DNA of 64,000 bases. Source: a virus (lineage: Duplodnaviria > Caudoviricetes). The position numbers were made by a program, and so were the translations under genes. The notes beneath the pieces were generated by a model. That model was not told where the DNA came from and made no database searches. It was given only the letters and a program-made list of their open reading frames with translations. The number at the start of each line of letters is the position of its first letter. The first letter of the stretch is position 1. Positions 9,546 through 20,760 of the stretch are shown here, one piece after another. Location of the stretch: the IMG/VR virus record IMGVR_UViG_3300029288_007102, positions 64,001 through 128,000 of that record; one strand, given 5' to 3'.

Positions 9546-12280
9546 TGAAATTTTCTAGTCCAGAAAGATTGACGAGGTCTTATCAAATAGCAAAATATCC
9601 TTCTATTGTCAGAGACAATGAGAATAAATTTATTGTTGCCTGGCAGGATAATAGAAAATTTGAGAGATTTAATATATACGCTAAGAGGATAAATGCCGAC
9701 AATTCTATTGTTTGGGATCAAAAATATTTTACAAATCAACATTATGATTGTGTTTTTCCAGATATAGCAGTAGACCAGAATAATAGATCTCATATCGTAT
9801 ATGTCGGGTTCCGGGGGGATTTGGGTTGGACTACAAAGTATGATGGCGATGTTTTGCCGGATTCTATTGGATGGGTTGCTGGAGGGAGCGGGGCTGGAAG
9901 TTTTGGGTCAGTTTCTGATGGCATTCTATCGATAGCTCCATACAATGTTACTGGTTTTTGGAGGTATTATTCGTACAACTGGGCCGCATCATATGCAACA
10001 GGATATCGTGTTGATATGAAATTTAAGATGGAGAAGTTGTCTTCAGTTTATACTGACAATTCTTTTGTGACATTAGAACTTAAAGATGGGACAAGGGTTT
10101 TTCGTGTAAATTTCCATCATGATAGACTTTCTATTCAATATGCTATATCGCCTATTCGTTGGTATGTATACTATCATGATTTTTATGAATGGAGCACTAT
10201 AAGGGTCGAGAAGGCAGCTGGGACGAATGTTTACGGTATATATTTAAATAACATTCTTATAAAGACGATAACGATACCTCTTTCTTCTTCCTCTAACTCT
10301 ATTGCTTTTGGATATCAAACGGGATATTCCGGCCCTCCTTTCCCGGATCCTTACAATGCAATAGCAAAATTTGATTATGTCTATTTTTGTACAAGCGGGC
10401 CAATATTGACGGGGAGTTCGGAAACATCTGATCTTGGGTATGTGAGTTTTGATGAAAATGGGGAGAATGCGTCAAGTACAATATTAAATACTGCAACCGA
10501 TTACACTAACTCTTATCCGATTATACAAGTCGGATCGGATAATAAATTATATGTTAGTTGGCAGATGTCCGAGAGCGGTGGTTATGAGGTTTATGTCCAA
10601 AGATTTAATAATGATGGCTCTATTGATGCAGGTTTCCCTATTCCGATAAAGGTTTCTAATGCTGGAGTTGTTGCTGGGGCAGTACGGTATCCGCACGATA
10701 TGGTTCTTGATTCTGATGATAATTTTTATGTAGTCTGGAATGATAATCGAGTTGGGGCAGATTTTGTCTATGGAAGAAAATGTGATAAGGATGGGGTGAT
10801 GTTGACAGCAGAACTTTTGCTTCAAACAATACCTATCCCAGGATATGCTCCAAGATTGGTTTTAGATTTAAGTGGGAGGATAAATGTTGTCTGGTCTGGT
10901 TTATCTGTTAATAAATATAACATATATTTTAAGCGATTTGCCTCTGATTTTTCTTATGTAGGGACAGACAGGGATGTGACTATCACATCTTCTTACGCTC
11001 TCTATCCTGATTTGTTTATAGATTTAGAGGAAAATATCCAAATAGTTTGGCATGAATTTGCTGAATCTTCCGGTTATTATGTTTATTTTAGAGCATTAGA
11101 TAAAGATCTTAATATAATAACTCACAAAAAAAGGTTAACATGGTTGCCTGGAGATAATAGGTATCCTAGAATAGTAAACAATTCTATTGAAATTGCTAGC
11201 GTAGAGGTACAAGATTCTTCTGGGCCTCCAATAAAGGCTCAATTTGTTGGGTATGGGTTAATAGGTGGAATTAAAAGAAACAATGGTGATAATATTTTTG
11301 TTACTGAAAACAGCGATATAACTATAACTGGACAAAATACCCCCGTTTATGTTTATAGGAGAGCGGATGCAACAACAACTACAGGAACTTTAATAAAAAC
11401 TATAGCAGTAGGTGAAACTATTTGGACAAATGTCCCCCCTGGATATTATTTCTTTAGGACTCCGGATGCATATGCTTCTGCCGGGATATTTACCCTCACC
11501 TATAATGTTAGGGATTCTAAAATTGTGTACCACAGCGACATGGGGTTTGCGTATAATTATGAGATATACGATATCCAATCAGCTGCGGAAGGTAATGTTT
11601 CTTGCGAATTTAAGAGATATTTGTCTGCATCTGACACTTCTTTTGTCTGGAATGCGATTGCGTTGCCAGAAGCATCATCTCCAGCTTGGACAGTAACAAC
11701 TACAGTGGGCCCTGATCCTGTTTGTGTTGGTGGAGAGATGTATAATGCAGATTTGTCTATAGTATCTTATAGGGACTGGAATATCCAAACCTCATTGCTT
11801 CCGTCAATATTGGCTGATAGTTTTGATTTTAAGGTAGAAATGAAAGCTGGCCCAGGAGGTGGGACATCAAACCAATATAGTTTTTATGTTTCTGATGGGG
11901 CAAATTTTATAATGCAAATTTACCTGTTTGATTTTGGGACATATAATTTAGAGATGTTTTTTGGGTATTCTGGGGGGTATGGGGATTTTTTAAGTCTTCA
12001 GACTACTACTTCTATCACCTCTAACCATATTTATACTATTAGTTTTAGAAGGCCAAATGTCGAGTTTTTGATAGATGGGGTGGCAATTTATACGGGGATT
12101 TGGGATCATATTATAAGCGAGGATTATCTTGTAGGGGATATGTTAGTTAGCATGGAGCCAGGTGGCTCGGCAATGTCGGGTTATGTAAAGAGTTTTAAGT
12201 TAGAGAAATCTACTACAGTTACAAAGTTTGTTCCAAAAATAGAGAATGCTAGTTCATATTCAAGTACAATTAAGTATTAG
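9545..12280 (+). CDS. Large virion structural/receptor-binding protein (beta-propeller repeats plus lectin-like beta-sandwich inserts)
   Basis: Repeated 'P.I..D.....VVW.D.R...IY.KR' propeller blades; aromatic-rich beta domains; located in tail module. Confidence 0.55.
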   Translation: MKFSSPERLTRSYQIAKYPSIVRDNENKFIVAWQDNRKFERFNIYAKRINADNSIVWDQKYFTNQHYDCVFPDIAVDQNNRSHIVYVGFRGDLGWTTKYDGDVLPDSIGWVAGGSGAGSFGSVSDGILSIAPYNVTGFWRYYSYNWAASYATGYRVDMKFKMEKLSSVYTDNSFVTLELKDGTRVFRVNFHHDRLSIQYAISPIRWYVYYHDFYEWSTIRVEKAAGTNVYGIYLNNILIKTITIPLSSSSNSIAFGYQTGYSGPPFPDPYNAIAKFDYVYFCTSGPILTGSSETSDLGYVSFDENGENASSTILNTATDYTNSYPIIQVGSDNKLYVSWQMSESGGYEVYVQRFNNDGSIDAGFPIPIKVSNAGVVAGAVRYPHDMVLDSDDNFYVVWNDNRVGADFVYGRKCDKDGVMLTAELLLQTIPIPGYAPRLVLDLSGRINVVWSGLSVNKYNIYFKRFASDFSYVGTDRDVTITSSYALYPDLFIDLEENIQIVWHEFAESSGYYVYFRALDKDLNIITHKKRLTWLPGDNRYPRIVNNSIEIASVEVQDSSGPPIKAQFVGYGLIGGIKRNNGDNIFVTENSDITITGQNTPVYVYRRADATTTTGTLIKTIAVGETIWTNVPPGYYFFRTPDAYASAGIFTLTYNVRDSKIVYHSDMGFAYNYEIYDIQSAAEGNVSCEFKRYLSASDTSFVWNAIALPEASSPAWTVTTTVGPDPVCVGGEMYNADLSIVSYRDWNIQTSLLPSILADSFDFKVEMKAGPGGGTSNQYSFYVSDGANFIMQIYLFDFGTYNLEMFFGYSGGYGDFLSLQTTTSITSNHIYTISFRRPNVEFLIDGVAIYTGIWDHIISEDYLVGDMLVSMEPGGSAMSGYVKSFKLEKSTTVTKFVPKIENASSYSSTIKY

Positions 12281-12288
12281 GAGATCTT

Positions 12289-14445
12289 ATGGCTTGGAGA
12301 GGTTATGAGGCAGATGTTCTTCCGGAAAATGATGGGTGGGAGATAGTACAGACATCTGGGGATATAACAAAACAAATAACTGGTGGGGCTTTTGTTGTTA
12401 CTGGAGATGTGGGTGGCATTTTACGATATGACAAGAAAACGTTTATTTCTCCGACTGCAACATTAGGTCTACAATTCCAAATTAGAGCGAAGAAAACTTT
12501 AACGACTATTGGCCATAATTCTCCGGGGATAGAGTATATAGTTAATGGCCTTGTAGAAGGAAGTTATCAGGATTATAAGATAAGTATAGGTCTTACAACA
12601 TCATCTGGTTCCTATCAAATGATTGTGTTTAAGGTAGGGCTTGCTGATGAGTCTGATATACAAACTGTTCAAATTGTCGGAGATGTAGCAAATTGGCATA
12701 CTTATCGGGTAGAATTCTTAGATAACACCCCATATGCGGTCATTAATTGTTATATTGATGATTTTATTGTCGGGACAAGTGTTACGGCCTTAAGTTTTCC
12801 TACAGATATTCAATCGGAATATTTTAGGATGATAGTAGATCCGATAGACAATACGGATACTATAGAAATAGATAATATCCGGTGGTTAGTCTTTGGTTTG
12901 CCTGCCTCAACTATGCCTGGATTAGGGGAAGATGAGCTTATCCCCTCCTTAGTTAACACTCGGGTGATTTATTGGGAGATTCCGGACCCCTATCTTGTGG
13001 ACATAGATGCAATTAAATTTGAATTGCAGGTTGATTCGGCAAACACATTTGATACTTCAAATTTGAGGACATATTATTATAACAGTTCAACAGATAACAA
13101 TATAGTGAGTTACCAAAATGGGAGATTGATTAAGGCTTTTGAGGTCCCAATTCCATTTAGACAAGATAGTGGGGAATTAACTTATTATTATAGGGTCCGA
13201 GCAACAGGAGCTTATACTTCGGCAGAATGGTCTACAATAAATTCTTTTGTGGTGGATCAAAAATATGAAGACTCTTATGCAGAAGATATGTTTGATAATC
13301 TTGCAGATAGAAATGCCTACAGTAAGGAAAATAAAGATTCTAATATTTACCAAATTATGCAGATGTATGGTCATGAATTTGATCAAACAAAATTAGAAAA
13401 TTTATTGACAGAATATGATATGACTATAAAAGAATGTCGGAATGCTCAATATCAAGCTAATTTTGGTAGGCTTGTCAATTTCAATAAAAGTGATGATTTT
13501 GTTTGGGCTGAATATAGGGAAATTGTTAAGGTCCTAATTGATGCCTTTTTGCATGGGGGGACGCCTTATGCAATCAAAAAATTTGTAAAAATCTTGACAG
13601 GGCAAGATCCTTACATATTAGAGTATAGAAAAGATTTTTCTGGGTGGACATTGGATTATAATTATATCCATTTTCCGAGAAGTTTTGTGGTAGGAGATAC
13701 GAGATCGTCAGAATGTTTCAGTCTTACGGTTACTCCTGGAGTTGTTTACACCTTAGGGGTGGCGACACTTGGTGCTGCAAACAGGTGGATTGTTGATAGT
13801 TTAGAGTATACTGGTATTGCTGGCACTTCCTTATTGTTGTCTATAATTCACCCGGCTGGATGGTATTATATAAAATGGAATGGGACAGCATTTGCTCTAG
13901 AGCCCTATAGTCAAGATGTTGCTTTTGGGTATTCTGGTGTTATTTGGGCGGTCTATTGGAGTGGAAATGCGGTTATGCAAACAATAGACATGAGAAATAT
14001 TTATAATCCAGAATTTGGTGGTGGTACTTCTATAACTTATCCTTCTTACAATCTCTTTTTGACCCCGCCTATAAAACTTTATAGTGGGTATGAAATAGAT
14101 CATGGATGTGAGATTCATATTGGGGATCCTTTCCAAATTTTTACGAATGCAATAGCGAATCCGGTAACTTCTACTTCTACTACAATTAACTCAATTTTTA
14201 CGACCTCTAAATTCCCGTCTTCCGGTTTTCTTTATATAGACGGGGAAATTATAAAGTATTCTGGTTCTGCGACGACTAGTTTTACTGGATGTACCCGAGG
14301 AGTAAATGGGACAGTTGCTTACCCTCATAATATAGGAGATACTATAGTTAGAGGCGATTACCATGAATTATTTGTAAAATTTATAGAATTAATTAAGTCG
14401 GCAAACGTTAAAATAAATTATGTCTATCACTCAGAAGCGATATAA
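12289..14445 (+). CDS. Baseplate wedge/tail fibre attachment protein (gpI-like core) with accessory domains
   Basis: 'YREIVKVLIDAFLHGGTPYAIKKFVKILTG' gpI-type motif; Fn3-like 'YYYRVRA'; C-terminal 'GFLYIDGEIIKY..FTGCTRGVNGT..AYPH' domain. Confidence 0.6.
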   Translation: MAWRGYEADVLPENDGWEIVQTSGDITKQITGGAFVVTGDVGGILRYDKKTFISPTATLGLQFQIRAKKTLTTIGHNSPGIEYIVNGLVEGSYQDYKISIGLTTSSGSYQMIVFKVGLADESDIQTVQIVGDVANWHTYRVEFLDNTPYAVINCYIDDFIVGTSVTALSFPTDIQSEYFRMIVDPIDNTDTIEIDNIRWLVFGLPASTMPGLGEDELIPSLVNTRVIYWEIPDPYLVDIDAIKFELQVDSANTFDTSNLRTYYYNSSTDNNIVSYQNGRLIKAFEVPIPFRQDSGELTYYYRVRATGAYTSAEWSTINSFVVDQKYEDSYAEDMFDNLADRNAYSKENKDSNIYQIMQMYGHEFDQTKLENLLTEYDMTIKECRNAQYQANFGRLVNFNKSDDFVWAEYREIVKVLIDAFLHGGTPYAIKKFVKILTGQDPYILEYRKDFSGWTLDYNYIHFPRSFVVGDTRSSECFSLTVTPGVVYTLGVATLGAANRWIVDSLEYTGIAGTSLLLSIIHPAGWYYIKWNGTAFALEPYSQDVAFGYSGVIWAVYWSGNAVMQTIDMRNIYNPEFGGGTSITYPSYNLFLTPPIKLYSGYEIDHGCEIHIGDPFQIFTNAIANPVTSTSTTINSIFTTSKFPSSGFLYIDGEIIKYSGSATTSFTGCTRGVNGTVAYPHNIGDTIVRGDYHELFVKFIELIKSANVKINYVYHSEAI

Positions 14446-14457
14446 GGAGGATGTATA

Positions 14458-16041
14458 ATGGTTGATGTTAAAATGAAAGGGACAGATTACTTCAGTGGCC
14501 AGAAAGTTTATGTGGAGGATTTAAGTCGTGATTCTAAGGGTCTTGCTGAAGAAATAGGTGATCATTTAAGGGATATAGTCCATTCTACGAGATCTTCAAC
14601 CCCTCCGGTGACATTGCCTGACGATACGATTATGTCTGGTATAGTTCATGATATGCGTGACGATATTCATTATATAGATACATATGGTGGTGGACATGAT
14701 TTTGCGTTAACGAGATCCTCAACTTATACGACCAGGATAAATGTTGGTTCTGGGTTAGCATATGATAGGTATGGGAGAAGAATTTATATTTCAAGTAGTG
14801 AGAGTGTAGAATTTAATGCGGCTAACCCGTCAGCTACCCCTTCTCAATCTACAGGGAATATAGATATAGATTTAACTGCTGCTGGCGGAAATGGAACGGG
14901 AACTGATTGGAATTATATTTATATAAAGTGGCTAGAAGTAAAAAATACAGGAATAACGGCAATAAGCCAAGTTGATGGGACTTTACATTATATCGCAAGA
15001 GAAGATGGATATAAAATAATTGCCGGAATCGGAACTTCTTATATGCCTGCTACTTTTTTATCTGTGGACGCCAATAAAGATTATGTTTATATTGGGGCAG
15101 TGCAAGCCAATAGTGGTTCTGCTTTAAATACGGCAAATATAAGAAATGATGTTGCCAATAGGCAATATTTAGGGGTATCCGGAAACCATATTAAGGCAAG
15201 AACGCCGAATACTACTGGAGATAAGCCTACCTCTGCTGAATATACCCAGAATGTAATTGTAACTCTTGAACAACATATCAGGGCGGTAGAAAATCCAGCA
15301 TTAGTAACTCCTGATAATCCTCATGGGATGGTTGTTGGTGGGACTGGTGATCATAAAGTTATGGCTTCGTCAGGAGATCCTACGCCAGATTATTTACTTG
15401 GAAAAGTAGATAATGTTACTATGGATATTGTAGCAAATAAGCTTGCAATAAAAGCATTAGGTGTGAATACAGCTCAAATAGCTAATAGTGCTGTTGACTC
15501 GTCAAAAATAGCAGTTGATCAGGTGAAGAGTCAACATTTAGAGGCGATTGTTACTGGACCTCCAGGATCATCTACTGTTAAGAGAACTCATTTAGATAAT
15601 AGTGGATCAACTACTTATATTGGTGCTTTGGTAAATGGTAGTAATGCAGATAGTTTACATTTACATGCAGGTACACTTATAACTTATGGTAAGAATGCTG
15701 TAAATACATCAAGCAATCTTGCGTCAGGAACTCACTCTCTAGTTTCTGTTATTACCCCAGCTGTTTCGTCAAATGATAGGATATATATATCTACTCTGTG
15801 TAGCACAAATGGTGGTGGAGATGGGACTTTACATAGTATGTATATCACTGTAGACGGAGTAGCTGTATCAGATGCGATACCATTTACGGGAGCTAGTGTG
15901 ATGGGAGCTGTATCTATGTCTGTGATGGCGACAGTCTCTTCTGGAGCACACACATTGACGCTTGTTTTTAAACAGAATGGGGGATCAAGTGTCACAGTTT
16001 GGAGAGGTGTGATAAATTATATGATCTTTGGTCATTCTTGA
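14458..16041 (+). CDS. Tail fibre protein
   Basis: 'INVGSGLAYDRYGRRI', 'DNPHG', repeats 'VNTAQIANSAVDSSKIA', 'NADSLHLH', beta-rich C-terminal tip. Confidence 0.7.
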   Translation: MVDVKMKGTDYFSGQKVYVEDLSRDSKGLAEEIGDHLRDIVHSTRSSTPPVTLPDDTIMSGIVHDMRDDIHYIDTYGGGHDFALTRSSTYTTRINVGSGLAYDRYGRRIYISSSESVEFNAANPSATPSQSTGNIDIDLTAAGGNGTGTDWNYIYIKWLEVKNTGITAISQVDGTLHYIAREDGYKIIAGIGTSYMPATFLSVDANKDYVYIGAVQANSGSALNTANIRNDVANRQYLGVSGNHIKARTPNTTGDKPTSAEYTQNVIVTLEQHIRAVENPALVTPDNPHGMVVGGTGDHKVMASSGDPTPDYLLGKVDNVTMDIVANKLAIKALGVNTAQIANSAVDSSKIAVDQVKSQHLEAIVTGPPGSSTVKRTHLDNSGSTTYIGALVNGSNADSLHLHAGTLITYGKNAVNTSSNLASGTHSLVSVITPAVSSNDRIYISTLCSTNGGGDGTLHSMYITVDGVAVSDAIPFTGASVMGAVSMSVMATVSSGAHTLTLVFKQNGGSSVTVWRGVINYMIFGHS

Positions 16042-16115
16042 TTTTAGAATGATCGACCAAATATAGATATTTATAAATTAATCAAATGAACTAATCGAAA
16101 AGGAGATTATAAATA

Positions 16116-17291
16116 ATGATTCTCAACGAATGGAAGAAAGATCTTTGGAAGAATTATAATTTAGATTTCAGAAAAGTCATAGGATACGAATTAGGGGGTG
16201 ATTATGGGAGGCTCCTTAAAGAAACGATGGAGTTGTTTGATCGTGGTTCATATGCCCATCTGATATTAAGAAACAATGCTACATTAATTGGGCAGAATAT
16301 CATAAATATGGCTGGAACTGTAAGTTTAGATGAAGAAGAAACTTTGTTAATGAATTGTGATTTAGTTGTAACTTCAGATACAGGACTGTGCGATCTTTTG
16401 AATAAAAAGAATCGTAGAGTCCTGTTTTTGTCTACATCGAGTCTTAGTTCTTTTGAATTTTTGTCTAAGGTTAGAGAAATTGTTGAGTATGGAGTTTACA
16501 AAAAATTAAATGTTGTTGGGATGGATTGGGATGTAAATACCACACTAAATAATTTTAATAAGGCAGTCGTAGTAGAGAAAGTGGAGGCGAAAGTTTTCCA
16601 GGAGAAAAAAGAGCTTTCTAAGTCTATCGGGATTGTTATGCCGTTATATAATCAAGAGAAGTATGTAGGGAAAACCATAGAAAGTCTATTAAGGCAAACT
16701 TTTAAAAATTGGAATCTTTATGTGGTAAATGACGGCTCATTAGATAGGTCTAAGGAGATTGTCGACTCTTTTAATGATAGAAGGATTGTTTCTGTAAGCC
16801 ATATGAAGAATATGGGGATCTCTGCTGCGTTAAATACTGGCTTTAAATTGGCCAAGGAACCTTATCTTACGTGGATTTCCGGAGATAATATTTATTATGA
16901 AGATTGTTTTAGTGAAATGTTAAATGTAATGATGTCGACAAGAAATGTAGAGTTTGTTTATGGGAACTATGACATTATTGATAAAGATGATAATTTTTTA
17001 AGAAGTGTGACGAATTTGCCATATGACCGGAAACAGCTTTTGGATAGTTATAATTTAGGGATCTGTTTTTTATTTACAGAGCAGATAAAAAAATCTGCTG
17101 GCGAGTATAGGGCGGGATATGCCCAAGATTATGACATGGCTGTAAGAATGTCTCAGTTTGGTCAATTTTATAGATTGGATAAATCTTTAGGGGCGTTCCG
17201 GCAGCATGAAGAACAAGCTTCCACTAAGAATGTTTCTGGTGATACAAAAGAAGTCAAAGAGCTTGCAAAGAAAGTGATAAAAAATAGATAG
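16116..17291 (+). CDS. Glycosyltransferase family 2 with degenerate GT9-like N-terminal region
   Basis: C-term 'IVMPLYNQEKY', 'VVNDGSLD', 'NMGISAALNTG', 'QDYDM'; N-term 'CDLVVTSDTGL' resembles GT9. Confidence 0.85.
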   Translation: MILNEWKKDLWKNYNLDFRKVIGYELGGDYGRLLKETMELFDRGSYAHLILRNNATLIGQNIINMAGTVSLDEEETLLMNCDLVVTSDTGLCDLLNKKNRRVLFLSTSSLSSFEFLSKVREIVEYGVYKKLNVVGMDWDVNTTLNNFNKAVVVEKVEAKVFQEKKELSKSIGIVMPLYNQEKYVGKTIESLLRQTFKNWNLYVVNDGSLDRSKEIVDSFNDRRIVSVSHMKNMGISAALNTGFKLAKEPYLTWISGDNIYYEDCFSEMLNVMMSTRNVEFVYGNYDIIDKDDNFLRSVTNLPYDRKQLLDSYNLGICFLFTEQIKKSAGEYRAGYAQDYDMAVRMSQFGQFYRLDKSLGAFRQHEEQASTKNVSGDTKEVKELAKKVIKNR

Positions 17292-17302
17292 GAGAGAATG
17301 AA

Positions 17303-18841
17303 ATGACTGAACCCCTTGTGTCTGTAGTTATTCCTACATTTAATAGGAAAGTTATTGTTCAGCGGGCAATAGAAAGCGTTCTTAAGCAGACCTACAAAAA
17401 TGTTGAAATCGTTGTTGTTGACGATGGCTCAACAGATGGTACTGATCTGATTATAAAAAGAAGCTATAATGCTCCTAACATAAAGTATATTTATAAGGAG
17501 AATGGGGGTTGTGGGTCTGCATTAAATAAGGGCATAAAAAACTCATCTGGGGATTTTATCTGCTGGCTTTCTTCTGATGATTATTATTATGATACAACTA
17601 CATTAGAAACTATGTTGGAGGCATTAAAGGTTAAGCCTGAGGCTATGGTGGCGTATTCAGATTTTTTTATAGAGTATGACAACGCCTCCCCTTTCACGGT
17701 ATCTCACGAAAAGATGACCCTCCATCACGCTAAACATTTTGATACAAAACAAGAAAGATATCTTTATAATTTTAAAGAATGTCTTATGAATGGCTCAACT
17801 ACTATGTTCAGAAAAGAGATCTTTAAAAAGGTTGGGTTGTTTAATGAGTGTTATAAGTACTGTCAAGACTGGGATTTATGGTTTAGGATTCTTTATGATT
17901 ATGAGGTTGAATATATAGCCAAACCATTGACTGTATATAGTGCCCATAAAGATGCTCAAGGTTTAGCGATTATGGATCACAGAAAAGCGTACGAGAGACA
18001 GAAATTTGAGAAAGAAAAGATGCTTGTGGCAAAACATCAAAGATTGTGGCTTAACAGAGGGAATAGGCCTACTGTCTGTGTGATGCTTTGTGTAAAGGAT
18101 GAGGAAGAAATGATTGAACAATGTTTGGATGATATAATCCAATGGGCAGATAAAATTGTTATATTTGATGATGGATCTACCGACAAGACGCCAGAATTAA
18201 TAAGACAGTATCCAAAGGTTGTAGATATATATAGACAGAAAAATAAGGGGAACAAAAGAACGGAGGGGAAGGATAGACAAAAATTGTTAGATATGGCAAA
18301 AAATACCGGGTGCGATTGGTTATTCTTCATTGACACAGATGAGATATGTGAAACCCGGTTTAAGTGGGATATTTACGATCTCATCAGCGATAAGAAGATT
18401 AATCTATATTATATGAAAGAACTTAATTTGTGGAGGAGTCTGACCCATAGAAGAGTCGATGAGATGTACGATAAAGGGTGGTTTGGTAGGATGTTAAGAA
18501 ATTTCCCGGAATTAAAAATCCATTCAGAAATAAACGAGCATTGTTGTGGAATTCCTTATAATATCCCCGGGGCTTCTCCTTGGTATTCTGAAGCAGATAC
18601 TAATTCTAAAAAGATGGATGTTGGGATGATTCATTATGGGTTTGCATATTGGGATAGAACGATTAAGAGATATGCGGCAAGAATGGAAAGAGACCCATAC
18701 AGAAACGATAAAGTCCAGGGAAGATGTATTGGTGGGTGGCTTTACTATGAAAGAATGATTGATGAGACTCATTTAGAGTTGGAGCCTTACGAATACATAA
18801 AGAATCAGATGAAGATAGTTGATGATTATATAATAAAATGA
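17303..18841 (+). CDS. Two-domain glycosyltransferase family 2
   Basis: 'PLVSVVIPTFNR..VVVDDGSTD..WLSSDD..QDWDLW' and a second domain 'CVKDEE..FDDGSTD..WLFFIDTDE..IHYG'. Confidence 0.9.
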   Translation: MTEPLVSVVIPTFNRKVIVQRAIESVLKQTYKNVEIVVVDDGSTDGTDLIIKRSYNAPNIKYIYKENGGCGSALNKGIKNSSGDFICWLSSDDYYYDTTTLETMLEALKVKPEAMVAYSDFFIEYDNASPFTVSHEKMTLHHAKHFDTKQERYLYNFKECLMNGSTTMFRKEIFKKVGLFNECYKYCQDWDLWFRILYDYEVEYIAKPLTVYSAHKDAQGLAIMDHRKAYERQKFEKEKMLVAKHQRLWLNRGNRPTVCVMLCVKDEEEMIEQCLDDIIQWADKIVIFDDGSTDKTPELIRQYPKVVDIYRQKNKGNKRTEGKDRQKLLDMAKNTGCDWLFFIDTDEICETRFKWDIYDLISDKKINLYYMKELNLWRSLTHRRVDEMYDKGWFGRMLRNFPELKIHSEINEHCCGIPYNIPGASPWYSEADTNSKKMDVGMIHYGFAYWDRTIKRYAARMERDPYRNDKVQGRCIGGWLYYERMIDETHLELEPYEYIKNQMKIVDDYIIK

Positions 18842-18855
18842 AAAGGAGAATATGA

Positions 18856-20760
18856 ATGAAAATAGTCAACATTTCTTTAAATTATGATCCAGCTTGTGCG
18901 GGAGAACTTTTAAGTCGTGTTATAAACAAGAATACGGATCATGTTTGTAGATATATCATTGGGGATTACACAAGATTCCCTGCTGGAAGTAAATTTAACG
19001 AATCTTCTGATATTGTATTTTTTGATAAGTTTAACATAAATGAGGTCCATCAAATATTGAGAGAGGCCGATGTTCTTCACTTTAACCAATATGATTGGAC
19101 AACTAAATGGGAGGATTTATATTGGATTTCGTCTAGAAAATCTTTATATCCTAAAGAGGAACTTCCTGCTATAGACTGGAAATCTTATCTTTCTGGAAAA
19201 GTTGTTGTGTGGCATGGTCATGGTGGGGCTTGGTTGTTAAATCCGGAAAAGCAGATGAAAATCTGTCGTGATGTGGGGGCAGTTCCTATAACATGCTCAC
19301 CTATAGATGAAAAAGTAGCCCCGGGACTTGTTTGGATGCCAAATCCGTTATCAACAGAATCTTCTTATTTAAAACCAAAGGAGAGAAACTGGGATGGAGA
19401 ACTTTTAGGGGGGATGGCATCTGTTGCCGGAGACTATAAAGGAAAAGTTATAGCCGAATATGTGTTTGAATATGTCAATAAAGCTGGTTATCCAGTTAAA
19501 TTTGATTATATAACACAGAAGACTAGAAGAGAGTCTCTTGAACAGAGGAAAAACTGGCATATAACTATAGATAATTGGACACAGGGGTTCTTTGGTTTGG
19601 CTGGGCTGGAAGGGTTAGCTTTAGGTCATATAACTATAGCAAGATTAGATCCTTTAGCTAGAGAAAGATGGGATTCTATGTTCAAGTACGATCCAGTTCC
19701 TGTTGTTGATGTTAAAGGAATGGATGAATGTGGAAAGGTTTTAAGAGATTTGTGTAACGATAGAGCATTAGCAAAATGGATGTCGGTAAAGTCAAGTATG
19801 TGGATACAGAATAATTATTCAGAAAAGAAAATGGCTGATAGATGGATTAAATTTTATGAATCGTGTCCGGTTGCTCATGGGGGTAAAAAAAATATTTCTA
19901 TGTCGACGAATTCTGTTGATACAAGGGAAGCTATAAAAACATCTGAGAAGGAAAGTAAGGTTTTTAGTGTAAGGCCAGTTTTTGAAGAAATTTCAACAGT
20001 TGAAGATCTTGTGAAAAGGGAAAAAGAAGAAAAAGTTATTCTAGCTCCTATAGTAGAGAATGAGAGGGGAACTGTGATAGAGATTCTTCCTGATACTCCA
20101 GCTATTGATAAAATAGAGAAAGATTATCCTGTTTATCATAACTATGTTCATGATCAGTTCGATCAGACAGGAGATCTAAAAAAACCATTAGATAGGATTA
20201 TGGGGAATGAATCAAAAAATGATTACGAACTAGATATGATTAAAAAAGTTATGATGGAAAGGGTGAATTTTAAAGATAAAACCAGAGTTATGGACGCCGG
20301 ATGTGGAATAGGAAGACTGTTTCCTGTATATAAGGAGTTGGGATTTAAGGAAGTTGTTGGGATGGATTATTCAACTTGGATGGTTGAGCAGTGCAGGAAG
20401 AAGTATCCAGATTCAAAAATTTATAATACGGACTTGGAGGCTATGTTTGCCTTCCCGGAGAATTCAGTAAATGTTGCTGTTGCTATGTATGTGTTTATTC
20501 ATATTCTTGATGATGATAAATTAACGAGAACGATAAATGCTATGGAGCATGCAGCGAAGGATCTTATAATAATAGGGCAAGTTATGGACCCTGAGCATTT
20601 AATTTCTACTGAATTTTGTAAAGTTAGGGAAGTGTATGATCTTTATAAGAGGTTTAAGACATTTAAAATGAAAAACTTTTTTAAAGATTATTACTCGGTG
20701 AAAGCCGACGATGGGAGTTGGGAGAATAAGATCTCGTTTCTTGTTATGAGTAAGGTATGA
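18856..20760 (+). CDS. GT-B-like glycosyltransferase fused to class I SAM methyltransferase
   Basis: 'ADVLHFN', 'GFFGLAGLEGLALG' (GT4-like); C-term 'RVMDAGCGIGR..VGMDYS'. Confidence 0.75.
   Translation: MKIVNISLNYDPACAGELLSRVINKNTDHVCRYIIGDYTRFPAGSKFNESSDIVFFDKFNINEVHQILREADVLHFNQYDWTTKWEDLYWISSRKSLYPKEELPAIDWKSYLSGKVVVWHGHGGAWLLNPEKQMKICRDVGAVPITCSPIDEKVAPGLVWMPNPLSTESSYLKPKERNWDGELLGGMASVAGDYKGKVIAEYVFEYVNKAGYPVKFDYITQKTRRESLEQRKNWHITIDNWTQGFFGLAGLEGLALGHITIARLDPLARERWDSMFKYDPVPVVDVKGMDECGKVLRDLCNDRALAKWMSVKSSMWIQNNYSEKKMADRWIKFYESCPVAHGGKKNISMSTNSVDTREAIKTSEKESKVFSVRPVFEEISTVEDLVKREKEEKVILAPIVENERGTVIEILPDTPAIDKIEKDYPVYHNYVHDQFDQTGDLKKPLDRIMGNESKNDYELDMIKKVMMERVNFKDKTRVMDAGCGIGRLFPVYKELGFKEVVGMDYSTWMVEQCRKKYPDSKIYNTDLEAMFAFPENSVNVAVAMYVFIHILDDDKLTRTINAMEHAAKDLIIIGQVMDPEHLISTEFCKVREVYDLYKRFKTFKMKNFFKDYYSVKADDGSWENKISFLVMSKV

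Noticed and set aside
14458-16041. Diversity-generating retroelement target
   Set aside because: No reverse transcriptase and no template/variable repeat pair seen in the window
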